A stretch of DNA of 62,495 bases, filler included, from Sphacelaria rigidula (taxonomy: Eukaryota): the NCBI GenBank assembly GCA_964200075.2. It is 5 parts of 5 records of this genome, joined end to end, with 100 filler letters (N's around TTAATTAATTAA, not from the genome) between each part and the next. Parts side by side here need not be neighbours in the genome. Positions count along the whole stretch, not along the records: positions 12,522 to 24,941 come from CAXNAA020003796.1; 4 more parts are not named here. One strand, 5' to 3'. The position numbers and the translations under genes are program-made. Positions 12,522 through 25,041 of the stretch are shown piece by piece; position 1 is the stretch's first letter; each line of letters starts with the position of its first letter. The notes under the pieces were generated by a model. That model saw only the letters and a list, made by a program, of their open reading frames with translations. It made no database searches and was not told where the DNA came from.

Positions 12522-14019
12522 GTGTAGTACTCTGTAGTCAATACACCACTGCAAAATTGTCTTGTCTTGAGTGTACTACCCTGTACTCCAGATAATGGGG
12601 TCATGGTTTGAGCAGTTTTTTGGAAAGTTCTGCTCGTCTTTTGAAAAGTATTTTAAAAAAAACGATATTATTTTCTGTCACAGAAATCTAATGCCGAATC
12701 TGGAATAGCCTGAGACGACAACCAATTTGAAAATTGGAACCAAAATCTACCGATGCTAGCACTTTCGATTTCTATCGAAGAGTAGTCGCGAGAAAAAACC
12801 CTTCTAAAGAAAAAAAGTTCACGCATCCTGTACTGTATTCGCTCACCCCAGTAGTTTCCAATAGGTAATACAGAATGACCTAGTGACCCAAGGGTCGAAC
12901 GAAACTACTGGGTGAGCGACAGAGCTTCGTTCAACCTGAGCAGGTGGCCTTTGATCACCAGCAGCACATCAATCATATATCGCCCATCCGACCCACAATC
13001 GGCGGTGATGAAACAAACGGCTATTAATAGGTCAAGAAATAAGTCGTGATTGTTCCCGCCAAAAAAAGTAGAATCGCGCGCTAACATCAGTAATTCATCC
13101 GTAATGTGGAATTATTCAAGATCGAACAATGCAGATGATTAAGACGCGCAGTCTCCATCCCCTCAAAACGGGGACCCCGCCTCCGTCATCAAGGCAGCCG
13201 CAGTTCCTTCTTTAGATATCATATTTTGCTTGTGAAAAGCAGCTTGGCCGGGCAAGAACCGGTGTATCGTTGTTCTGCTGCAAGGTCAACCGTTTCAAGA
13301 CTCCGGTCTTGTGTGGTCGTCAACGGTCAAAACACGTTGGCCATGCGTGGTCACGAGTGACCCATCACACAGTCCTAGCAAGTCATGCACAGAACGAATG
13401 CGCCATTACCGCTGGCCCTCTCTTAATGAAACCATTCCAACCTTTTGTTTCAGCAGTTCTCTGACCTATTTTCCCGCGTGTAGATGCGGTTATTATTATG
13501 CGAAGCGTCGAACAGAGAACCTGCTCCTTGTACTCACACTGGGTTCGCGATGAACGCGTCAAATTTAACACTCCAGAGCGCTCGTTTTTGGACGTCCCAA
13601 ACCCTGTCCTACTCATTAATTTCATCAGATCTTTACACTAGACTCTAACTATACCCGACCGAGCACATGGGGCAAGTTGTCCTCTGTGACCTGCTCAAGT
13701 GGTGCATGCCGTGAAACGCGGTGCTCTACCCTACAGCCGAAATTTGCTCCTGCGGACGCTCGTCGTTTCCGGGAGCAGTGTTCTCAACACCGGTTAATCC
13801 TCCATGTAGGCACCAGCGCTGTATCACCGAAGGGATACAAGGATCTGGTTATGAGTAAACCGGTCCTCGCCTCCCCGGCGATGTGTGAACCACGAGTGTT
13901 CCTGTGGTGGCGGGTCGGGTTGTCTTCTTGGGTCGAGGGAACGAACACGAGAAGCCCCGCAAAGCACAACTACTCAACGCAGCGTAAGTGGCGATCTCTT
14001 CCTAGCGGGCTAACACGGG

Positions 14020-14245
14020 CTAAAAAAAACGTTTCCTGAAGAGGTGTGGTCTGCGAGCCGCCAACAGCCACAGCACAGCACCTGCGGTGACACCGCCCAT
14101 GTCTCGCCACAGGGTTCGCGGGTTGGAGCTGATGAAAGGCACTTGTAACTGTCCGTTTGAGGCCGCTGTGAGGAAAATGCCGCCGCACCACGCGGCGCCG
14201 AACACCCATGTTGGCACCGGAATGAGCATGTAGAGGTTGACTTGG
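14020..14245 (-). CDS. Rhomboid-like protein, last exon (LYMLIPVPTW...RDMGGVTAGAVLW...stop)
   Basis: TTTTTTGCCAG acceptor in phase 2, IPVP motif, TM6 GGxxxG motif, TAG stop at 14020-14022. Confidence 0.85.
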
Positions 14246-15180
14246 CTGGCAAAAAACGGAGCATACAGATACACAGCAAAAATGCAACAAGTATAAAAGC
14301 TGGTACGGGTATTCGTAAATATTGATTGCTGGATTGACTGCTTGTCTCACACGAACCGATGCGCGACGAATCCAGCCGTGGTTACAAGACAGATGTGCCC
14401 AAAGAGAACTAAAGGGAAACTTTAGCTGGATACAGAGATCACAAGGACAAGAAGTAAAATCTTACAAGGCGGCAGATTATCTGATGATCATCATCCGACC
14501 CCTTGCATCACGTGTTTTACGAGGTGAAACCGTCGCCAGGCATTACAGTACTGGCAAAATCAAGACTGGGATTTAAAATATGTGCCAGCTGACGCGGTGA
14601 CAAGGGAAAGTCGTTATCTGTAGATGAGCGAAGGCGGATGATTTTCGAGGTGTGGCTCGTCCTCCTACCATCTGAGTCGTCAAGAGCAAATGACACAACC
14701 AGGTATACCAGGACCGTTTCGGGCCTGAACAGGTGCAGGCTCTAATTACTCAGGTTTGAGAGTGGCGCTCCAACAGCGCCAGCCACGCCTTATGCATGCA
14801 TGCCCCTCTTACCCATGCACACGAGCGCCGCCAATACAGTTGGCCCCGGTACCAGAATCAGGTACCATTTCCGCAACAAAGAGGTACCGACGACAAACAG
14901 TGAAATGCCGAGATTCGGATACAGACAAGGGAGAGAACAGTCTGAAATAGGTGTATGTATACCTGAGGCTTTCGTCACCACGATCCGAGAGTCGGCTGCT
15001 TTGGCAAATCAGATGGCAGAATGTTAGATGAAATATACAGAGTTCGAGGCTGTTGTTCTTGTCCCGAAAGTGTCGAAGTAAACCTGCTCGTATCATTTGT
15101 TTTTTTATTCGGAGCGTTAGCGCAGATGGAACAATGAATACAGTTTAGGGCGGTGACGTTCCTGTGTGTGTTTCAATCAC

Positions 15181-15263
15181 CTGAAGGGGAAGGTCAGTAT
15201 ATACCATGCCAGGATTGGCTCGATTCCCGCCCACGCCCCGCAGGTAGGCTCTGCTAATCCCAT
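15181..15263 (-). CDS. Rhomboid-like protein, exon (TM4: PTCGAWAGIEPILAWYILTFPF)
   Basis: Long pyrimidine tract and CAG acceptor, GTGATT donor, phase 0/2. Aligns to LGASGA...FP. Confidence 0.82.
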
Positions 15264-16712
15264 CTGTACAGTTGAGTACACCAAAGAGAAGAGCGAAAAA
15301 ATGGGAAAGGGAAGAGAAGTGGCCAGGCGGACGTTTGTGGAGGGAAATGTGTCAAATAAGCCAAGAAGTACGACGAAACCCCGCCGCCGGAAGATTCAGT
15401 ACATTGACATGACTGTAGTGAAAACGCACGGAACCAGACAACAGCGCAGCTGGTCACACCACAGACGAGCGGAATGCAGGCTATCCCCGAATAGTCTACC
15501 TCCTTTGATGTCCAACGATACACTACTATACATCACCCACGAAGGCGAAAGCAAAGCGAGGAAAAACAGAATATACATATATTCAAGGGGTTCGGCGGCT
15601 TTCGCCGCCACGCTCAATGAGATCGACAGCCAGGATACATGAGGACTGGTCATCATTGCTCGCATTGCGTAACGGCACAGGTCATAGTTTGAAGTGAAGT
15701 ATTTCCGCCGTGTGCGTCTTGTGGCGCATGTGCCAGGAGCAGGGTATGAAGAAATGATCAACTGATGTTTCATGATTCCACCGACAGGAACGGGTAAAGG
15801 AACACCCTCCAGCGGCGATGAAACACACACGGAGACAGACATTCACGTTTTCCATCCACAGCAACGGATAACAAACACCGTTCTGCCATGAACCCAGCGT
15901 TCCTCTTGTCAAAGCGACACGGATTACCAAAAGGTCGGAAACAATGCTCTTAACTTGTTCTATAATAGTGAGCGATATTCTGATCTTTGAAGAGGTTGGC
16001 AGTACCAAGTGCTCCATTATAGCTCGTTCAGAAGGTGTCCAAAATCGGCGCCACAATTTATATCTAGACCTTCTCGTTTCACTTCTTCAGGATTTTTTTC
16101 AGACTTTCCGAAGAAAAGAAATGCTGAAAAAAAAATCAACGATATATTTCCCGAGTAATACGCTGTCACATTTTTTCGGGAACTTTTTTTTTCCCGAAAA
16201 AGTCCGAAAAGTCTGAAAAAAAACAGTCAGCTTGACCCCCACACATCGAGCGTCGTTTCGGAACAGTTTCACAGGCTAACAGTTCAGGGACATCCGGGGG
16301 TGTCCTGGGGGTGTTTTTGACAGGGGGGTGGGAGTCTGTTTGCAGCACAACCGAAAAGCTCACCAAGTTAACCACATGAGTTTTGAAGTTTCCCACCGAA
16401 AAGTATAAGCCAGGAACGAGGGCCGAGGAGCGCAGTGATCATTCTGACCATCACAGTTGTCAAAATGGTCACGCTGTTCCCCTACAGTTGGACATTCTAA
16501 TCGGGGCAAAAAAAGTGAATGGGCTGTTCGAGGAAATCCCAACGACCACACACAAAAATTCCCCTTTTTCCTTTTTGTCCTGGGATGCTCCGCCCAAATA
16601 CGCTTGAGCTGTGCGCGCGTTGAAAACAAGAGAACATGCTCGGGACACCAGCGCAGTAAAGCCATAATAGGTTACATTCGCGCACTGCATGAGAAACGGC
16701 CCCCAAACTCAC

Positions 16713-16771
16713 GTAAAATACACTCGGCAGTCCGGTCCTGAACGATATCTCCGGACCAACCGCTTGACACA
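16713..16771 (-). CDS. Rhomboid-like protein, exon (LCQAVGPEISFRTGLPSVFY)
   Basis: CAG acceptor, GTGAGT donor, phase 1/0, bridging the neighbouring exons. Confidence 0.75.
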
Positions 16772-18050
16772 CTGGACCAGGAGACGTCATGCCCCGAGGG
16801 AACCGATAGTACAGGAGGGAGCACAAAACCGAACAAAGTGAAACAGGGAGGAACAAGGAGGTTAATCAGAAGACTCACCCGAAGATGATCAAAACAGCGC
16901 ACACAAGCACACAAGCACACACATACTGGAGGCACAAGCATCAAGTTGAGTCGACAAAGCCCTCTACTGCCGCAAATTGCAGGTGAGGGGCTCTTGCGAC
17001 AAATAACCGTCATCACCAGAACACCACACTCTGGGGGCGAGGCCAGCGTGATACCATACATGAAACCGGACGGACAACACGTGCAGCTCACTTCAAAATA
17101 TTGTTTCTCGTCTTTGGACGCTCAAGTGGATGGTGATTCTTACTTTTTTTGTTCTTCTTATAACCTCTCTTGCAATCCGCTTCTTGGAGGAGCTAAGAGC
17201 ACCCTACTGAAAATGCCAGCATTGAAATAAAACATTATTCGCGTACAGGATACACACGAACGCATCACATGCCAACTCACTCTTTCGTACCCGCTGTCAG
17301 AGGACCGTGCTTCCCCGAGAGTAAAATCATGTGTGAAATAGGAATGAAACATTTTTTGTAGGCTTCGCTGTAGCAGCAGGTACGTTCGTCAGGGTACTTG
17401 CAACACTCAAAAGCACGTCAACCCAGACACCGAATGAAGGCGTACATGCGCAGAGTGACGAAATTACGTGCGTTGCGAATCGACCCGTCGTCGAAACTTC
17501 TCGACGAGACAGTTTCCAACCAATTGGACCATAGGATCAGCCGTGGGATTCTATGGCTAGGCGCTTCAGCGAGATGAATATGCTGTTTTTTTCTCACACA
17601 CAGCAACACAGCGTGACGACAAGGACGACCGTGTGGAGCATGCAAAGGTTGATTGTACGCTTCTACCACCCAGACTGTGTTGTGTGTGTGTTGTCGTCCC
17701 ATCCATTCTAGACGCCAGTTTACACCTTTCGGTATATGTGCGCGCACCAGCCGGGGTCACATAGGAGGAAGGTCAACACAGGAGGTTTTTTTGTTATTTG
17801 TTTTTAGTACCCCACCTCCCTCCTGCGGTGCTTGCCTTTATTTTTTATCGCGAGAGGGGTTCAGCAGTCCCTTTCCCTCGTCGACCGTTACGTCGAATTT
17901 CGTGGACTGTTATCTTCAATGCACGCGCGCACACACAGATAAAAAAACACACAGACACATACCCAGACACACAGACACATACACAGACACACACAAACAC
18001 GATCCACAACAAACACGCTCGAAGTACTGAGGTAGTAAAAGACAACTCAC

Positions 18051-18172
18051 GTTGTGCGAACGCCCCTCCTCCTACAAACGCCGCCAGCAAAAACTGCGGC
18101 CCGACAGCCGCCGCAGCGGTTGAACCGACAAAGTAGAGGACAACAGTGGCCAAAGCTCCATCGATCACGTTT
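18051..18172 (-). CDS. Rhomboid-like protein, exon (TM2-TM3: VLYFVGSTAAAAVGPQFLLAAFVGGG)
   Basis: TAG acceptor, GTGAGT donor, phase 2/1. Confidence 0.85.
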
Positions 18173-19361
18173 CTAACAGCGCAAAACAAAAAACGCGGGA
18201 AAAAAGCACGCGGATCGCGGCGTGTTGAGAGTAACCCATGGACGAACGGATATGGGAGGCCGACACCCTTACTTGTACGTTTGTCTACTGATCCCATTAA
18301 ATCCCAAACCCTATGCACTCTCTGGATGCTGACTGCGAATATGCCGCTCCGGATCCAATCCATCTCGATCTTTGTTCGTGAGCACCACTTTTGCTTCAGA
18401 TTTTTGCAACCTGTAGAAATTCAATGCGCTGGACGCGAGAAACAGGTTTCTCGGTGATTTTCTGCGAATGTTTTTTTCACCTATTCTGGACGCTGTTTTT
18501 GAGTCGCGTTTGTGAAAGTCACATTTTCGGGCACGACGTTCGATCAGCGTCGTGTTGCTGTTTGTGACTTTCAGCGACAACAGGCAACAGCACGACACAC
18601 GTTTCCCAGAAGGTTTGTGTTTTGGGTCAAATTTGAACGAGATACGGGGTTACAAGGGTTTGGGGTCCGGGCTAATATTCTCCATGGATTTTGACTCATT
18701 ACATGTCTCTTTGGATCGACTTCATCCCGTTTATTTTGTTTCTAAATGATATTTTTTCTTTTCAGATTCCATCTATGATCACAGGAATTTCAGCGGCCTG
18801 TTGTACGTCGTGCTGTTGTAGGGCGTAGGTCCGCAGATGAAAAAGCACATCAACTCCTCCTCGACGACTGTACCCCCAAGCATCGCGAGTTCTATCAGAA
18901 GACAGCCACGCGATTTTCCCTGATTTTGCACTGCTACAGTAGTAGCGTACCTGTACCAGGTGATCGACAGACTATAGTTCCTTATTCCGCGTTACAAAAT
19001 GTTCGAGGCCCACGTGAGGAAAGTCGTGAAATGTTAGACATGTTGTATGGTGTGTGCAACTTCGTTTTTCGCTCCCAAAACATGATACCGAGTGCAGGCA
19101 GGTCTCGCCTTCCGCAGTTTTGCCGTGGCGCCCTCACGCGACCAAAACAACCATAATAGTCGCATGTGACAATGCTCGTCGCAAGATGAATTAGTTAACA
19201 AGCGCGAGCGATAGGACCAATTGTTACATGGTGGACCGGCGGAGCCCCTCCTCCCTTCAGCGAGACTGGAAAAGCCGGGCCTACGGTCGATGCGTCAAAA
19301 GAAGGATACAGTCGCAGATATTGTGCCAAAATTGGGCGGTGAGGAACACAGTCAGTCCTAC

Positions 19362-19435
19362 CTGCTGCTGAAGTTGGCCGTGAGGAGGGTGTGCAGCCTG
19401 AACCCCTTCTCTCGTAAGGGCACGCACAGATTTTT
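19362..19435 (-). CDS. Rhomboid-like protein, exon (L1 loop: RLHTLLTANFSS)
   Basis: TTTTTTCAG acceptor, GTAGGA donor, phase 0/2. Resembles the RLHTLITSAFSH motif of PARL/RBL12-type rhomboids. Confidence 0.85.
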
Positions 19436-20691
19436 CTGAAAAAACACGAGAAAAAATCCCCCCAGAGACAAGGCAAGGTCGGAGCAGCAACAACAACAAA
19501 CAGGGAAACCGGCACCGGGGGGGGGGGCACTCGTGACCATTGGATACCGGGGCGGGGGAAAGGGGGACAACGTCATGAACCCACGAGTGAGAAGACAGGA
19601 GGATGCCTTCATGCGGACCACAGCAGAACGATAGGCCGATATCGCGCGTGACATCATACGGGCAATGGGAAAATATGAAACAAGACACACCTAAGCTGAT
19701 CAACGAACACAAGTTCACCACGGAAAAACGTCGTTCATTGATGAGCGCAAATGTCGTTAAAATAAGCGCCCGGTACACCTTCAGTTTATTCGCATGAAGC
19801 AATGGTGGCATATCTCTTAGTTTCAGCACTGCGCACTCCGTCCCTCGTCCTCCTCTCCTTTCCATTTCTCGTCCGAAAGCAGGTACGCTTCTACATCGGC
19901 TAAAAAAGAGCTTTGACACACTCTGAACGCAGCTGCAGCCGCTGCAGAAATGACCTTGTGAACCTCAGTACGCGACCTAACATTTGCCTACACCGTTTTT
20001 ATGGTATAAGATGGTGTCAGGCAACCCCGTCCCTCAATCGATCGGTCCACTTTTACTTCACCACATCAGCTCGACTTCTCTGACTCGCCGTTCCCCCTTG
20101 CCAACCTCTCACACCAGTGAAGCATTTTCAATTATTTATATTTGAAATACCCCCGGCACCACCCCCTCTTGTTGGGGAAAATAAAAAGCAGGGATGTGAC
20201 ACCATTTTTGAGATCCCTTAACACGAAATAGTATAACTGGAATCATTTTCAAAAAGTCATCATTCAGTCCACGGCTGGAACAATTATGAAATCTCATTTT
20301 GCACCATTTCCACACCACAGAGGCAGCATAGAGCGGACACCCATCACTTCGAAATTTTAAAAAAGGCGTTGTATTGTACTGTGCATCATACTGTGCTATA
20401 CCGTACAATTCGAAAAAAACACAGAACGACGCCTCTATGCTGTGGAAAACGCATGTAGTTTGCGACCCCCACACCAGGGCTCCTCGGTGCTTCATTGCGC
20501 ACAAAAAGTGGACAATGACCAACGCATCCAGTATCGGTGGGATACGTGAAAATACGGTACATTACGACAACGCCTCAATCTGTGAATCTGTGGGAACAGT
20601 TTGATGGAATCCAATGTCCAAATCTCCAAGTTGAGATTGAGATATGCCCCATGTTATTTTGCGTGATGAACCAATGTCGACATGAACCGCG

Positions 20692-20899
20692 CAAGGGCGT
20701 GTCGGGTGAGGGTATACCCGATATTGTTTGTTTGTTTTTAAAGTGGAGATCCGACCCATGCACAGAGCAGCAGCCAGCCCAGTGCTGATTTTCCCCTCTC
20801 TAAAGCCCATACAAGCCATTGTAGCTGAATGAGGCAGGTGATGTGCGACTTTTCAAAATACCAAAATATCGGGTATACTCCCTACCCGACACGCCCTTG
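20692..20899. mobile_element. MITE with TIRs of about 34 bp and an 8-bp TSD (hAT/P-type), intronic
   Basis: CAAGGGCGTGTCGGGT...ACCCGACACGCCCTTG, flanked by GAACCGCG and GAACCGTG. Confidence 0.85.
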
Positions 20900-21241
20900 G
20901 AACCGTGGTCATTTGTACGGTAAAAGATTGACCTCAAACAGAGAAGACTGACATGATGTTATCGAAAAAATGCCACAAACGCAGTAGATATTCCTCGTGC
21001 ACTTTGCCTTCGTCGCAACGGTGTGCGTAGTCGAGAAGCGAGGGTGTGGTCGCAGCATCTGGTGCCGCACATGAGTTTCCGTACGGGGGTAAAAATTGGT
21101 GCGGTTTTCAACCGAAGTGAACCCTGCCATAAACAGTCCAAAACGACCACCCAAGTACGTCGAATGACCCTCCAGTTTATCAAACAGACCACACACACAC
21201 GCACGCACATTGATGCACACACAACGGCGCCAACGTCTCAC

Positions 21242-21313
21242 CTCTAGGAGAGCAGTGTATCTGCCGCCCGTCGTGCCGTTGTACACCCACAAGCCCGTTC
21301 CGAAGACATTCAG
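21242..21313 (-). CDS. Rhomboid-like membrane protein, exon (TM1: LNVFGTGLWVYN...)
   Basis: Pyrimidine tract and CAG acceptor, GTGAGA donor, 72 nt, phase 0/0. Matches the rhomboid TM1 NV...LW pattern. Confidence 0.75.
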
Positions 21314-23673
21314 CTGTCGTACAGGCGACAAGAGCGGGAGACAAGGACGGCGACCCGGCGATACGTCAGAGACCGAGGGCGCTATTGTAGCGTTGCAACG
21401 TTCGAGAAGACCACTTGGCCTGACACGATATATAATTCTGAAGCCCATCGCCAGAAGTTTCTACGGTTAGGGCGCTAATCGCTCACTAACATGTAGGAAG
21501 TTCCCCCCCAAAGGTGTCCCGGCTCTTCCTGATAGACAAATCAAGCAAGCAAGTCAGAAACAACGGATACATCCGATCGATTCGAAGAGAACCCCAAAAG
21601 GCCTTCTGCTCGTCATCATTCGTTCGTCGAGTCAAAATTATGCCGGTGCAGATGACACACCCTGGGGGCGACTATAGACAAAGCCGAAGTAAAACAGGCA
21701 GATCAGCAGCAGTGCAATGCAGTAACAAGCTGTATGGTACAGTGAAGTGTTATTTTACCTCTCCCTCCACTGTGATCCTTCCCTTTGTCCATGGGTATCA
21801 CCAACGATCAGATTACACCTAACCTTTGGAGGGCTTCACCTCTTTCTGTAGCCAGCTCTAAAATTGAACCTTGTAACCTTCGCTTATGCCATCTGGGTCT
21901 TGCACTCATCCTTCATGTAAAAACCGTGCCAATACACAGCCGATGACTCGCCCTGAAGGTACTTGTATATATATATAGACAGAGTCGGTCAACAAAGTAC
22001 AGTACAGGACAATGCAGTACAACGCAGTACATTATAGTACAGTAGAGTGTTGTCTCCTCTATCTCCCCAGTTGCATTCCTTCCCATTGTTCCCATTATAT
22101 ATGGCTGTCACCAAGGACCAGATTGCAAAAAATCGTTGGAGAGCGTGAACTCGTCCTGCCCCTAGCTTTAAAAGTAAACCCTTGGGCCTTCACGGTGGGT
22201 CATCTGGGTCCCACATCCATATTTCAAGTCAAATCAGGCCATTAAATGTATATAAACACAACACTGACTTTGTCGCAGCGCAGGGGTGATTTACGGACGG
22301 CAGGCCGCATACGGCGGTAAGGATAGTCTCTGCACAACTAAGAAACAGAAGAGCACAATACAGTCACCATGATGTTGTCTGTCCCAGTACACGCCACGCT
22401 CTCTAACGTGGGTCCCCAGAGCGGCTGGGTATACAAGCAGCAACCCTTTTCTGTTACTCATAGGTCGGAGGGCATTATACCTTGGTACACTTTAATTAAA
22501 AAGAACAAAGTTACTCCGATTTAGGCCTCTCCTTCCCTTATGTCCCACCCCCGTCCCGTCTGCGTGGCTTCCTTTCATTTGCTTTTGTTGAGCACGGTAT
22601 GGCTTGTTCAGGAGAGTCAACCGATAGGCTGGGTAAATCACAAACCTTCTCATCGACCACGACTGCGATACGAGCGCAGTTTTTTTGCGCTGTGTGCTTC
22701 AAATCACAATGCATGTCTCGACAAACACGCTTTCCGGGAACGTCCCGCGCTCGGCACACCAGACGGCAAAAAGTATTTTTTTTGCAGAGTTTCACGGGAT
22801 GCTTCAAGAGGACCGGATAAAGAAGTTTGTCCAGACATGCATGTCAGGGATGTGGAGGTGTATGTGACGTCTGAACAGGGACGGTGGCACGTGAACGCAC
22901 GATTTGCTCATGCTAAGGACATAGTTTTAAATCAAATGTATCCACACGGGAAAAGGAAACGAGCATAAGTTGTCTACGGTCGGAAAAATGTCGTCGAACA
23001 GCCCGCACAGTTTTCGTAGGCTAACACCCCCCCTCCCCCGATTCGCATCCCTAACGATAGGTAACAAGGTTGACGGGGAACGGGGGGGGAACGTTGGCAG
23101 AATAGCGGTAATCTCACGTCTCATCAAATGTTTTCACACCGAGCAGATACGTACAGGGTTCCCTTCCGAGACTTTCCCACCGATGCGAAAAAAACAGCAC
23201 AGGAGTGAGGGTGGTGGGGTACACGAAGGGCGATTTTCATCCATCATAACTTCACGACGAACCAAGTCTCTACACCTTGATCACTCGGACCCCTACTAAT
23301 AGTTTCACGCTGAATCAATAGGCTTCGGGGGGGAGGATCTGCATGGTTGTTTTTAGTGGAACGACAAGGCCAGAATACATCATAATCCGTTACCACGATC
23401 TCGCCGCGCGTCATAGCCAGTTAGTCGTGCACCAGCCGCAGCCAAAAGCATGTGACGGCTGTCTCAGTCGAGCAAAACAGCAGCAGTGATGGCGCTGGCT
23501 ATAATTGCTTTGATGCAACATTCTGCTTTTGTATCTGACAGTGCCGTACGTGCATGGCCACATGAGCTATAACTGTATGACCACATGAACCATTAATGTG
23601 GCTATGCATGTACGCAAAGATGGTCAGCGAGAGAGCAGAAAATTATCTTTCAATGTACGAAAAAGTGCAACCT

Positions 23674-23914
23674 GAGCAAATGCTACGGTAGGGGTGCACT
23701 TTTTTCGCGAAATATTCTTACGATTCTAGATGCACAAGAATACGGATCAGGGCATCCCCGTTTGCAATTCATTCGGGATATCCCCAGCACATTGGAGTAT
23801 TAATCCTGGCGTACTTTCACATATTTTCGTAAGTGGTGTTTTGCATGAGATCAGGGGCTCCTAAGGATTCTAACCTCAGAAAATATTTGTGCACCCCCTA
23901 CCGTAGCATCAATC
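23674..23914. mobile_element. Related MITE (ATGCTACGGTAGGGG TIRs), 4-bp TSD ACCT
   Basis: GAGCAAATGCTACGGTAGGGGTGCAC ... GTGCACCCCCTACCGTAGCATCAATC, with ACCT on both sides. Confidence 0.85.
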
Positions 23915-25041
23915 ACCTACTTCCTCAAACACGGCAAAAGACTACTGCACGCCAAATGGCTCAATCATAACTGTATTTTTTTGCAACAAGCACCCATGTC
24001 CTTTGAGTGTTCTTCCACGCCTACAAAAGTCATCATCCTTCAGACTCTCGCGGGACCGTCAGCGCACGAAATCTCGAAACAGAAAGGATGAGCATTCAAT
24101 TCGTCAACCTACCTGTAGAACGCACGAGACGAGAAAATTGTTTTCATGTGCAAGAAGATGTGTTGCGCTTTTACTTTTCCTAATCGCGAGCAAGTGGATC
24201 GCGAATGATTGCCAGTTAATTCGCCGAATCACCCCCTCCCCGCAAACTGACGGAAAATGCAGACGGCGGGTTTCCTAGTGAACTGAAAAAAATTCCATGC
24301 TTGTTCAATGTCAAGTATTTCTGTGATCTGTCAGTCTGAGTGTGCATCTGAGACCGAAGTTTACCAATGGCGAAGGCACTAAGCAATGAGAACGATACTG
24401 CACACGCTGCGGGCCCCACGTAATATATTTCAACAAAGCTGTGGCCTTGCTCTTACCTGCTTCACTGTTGGTGAGGCGCAATTGAGCACTCGACTTACCC
24501 ACATCTCCAGGGTATCGGGAGGTACCATTTTGTCGCAGAAATAGAGTAACTGGCGGATTTGTCCACTTGCGACTTCAGAGCTAACAGCACGTAACGCGCT
24601 TCTGGGTCATGCGCTGTGCAGCTTTTTATTTCGCGAATTCCCTTAGCTGCAACGGTGGTCAGGTCTCATGGAATCGGGCCTATTTTTGTTCAGCTCACAA
24701 CGTTTTGATATTTCGACGCACACACACGTTATTCTCTCGCACATACTATATCGTTTATTTTACCAACCGCTCACCCAAGATACTATGATTCAAACCCTGG
24801 CTCGCTTCACTACTCTCGTGCCTAACCTCTATCCTGCAGTGGGGGGGGGGGGGGGGTTCTCATTTGTTGCTTGCCTTAGCTGTTTGACCAATGACCACGC
24901 ATCCCCCCCGAGACGGAGCACCGTTCCTACCCCTCACCGGGNNNNNNNNNNNNNNNNNNNNNNNNNNNNNNNNNNNNNNNNNNNNTTAATTAATTAANNN
25001 NNNNNNNNNNNNNNNNNNNNNNNNNNNNNNNNNNNNNNNNN

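Noticed and set aside
12905-13087. Protein-like 60-aa minus-strand ORF
   Set aside because: Upstream in-frame stops, no convincing splice sites and no recognisable family.
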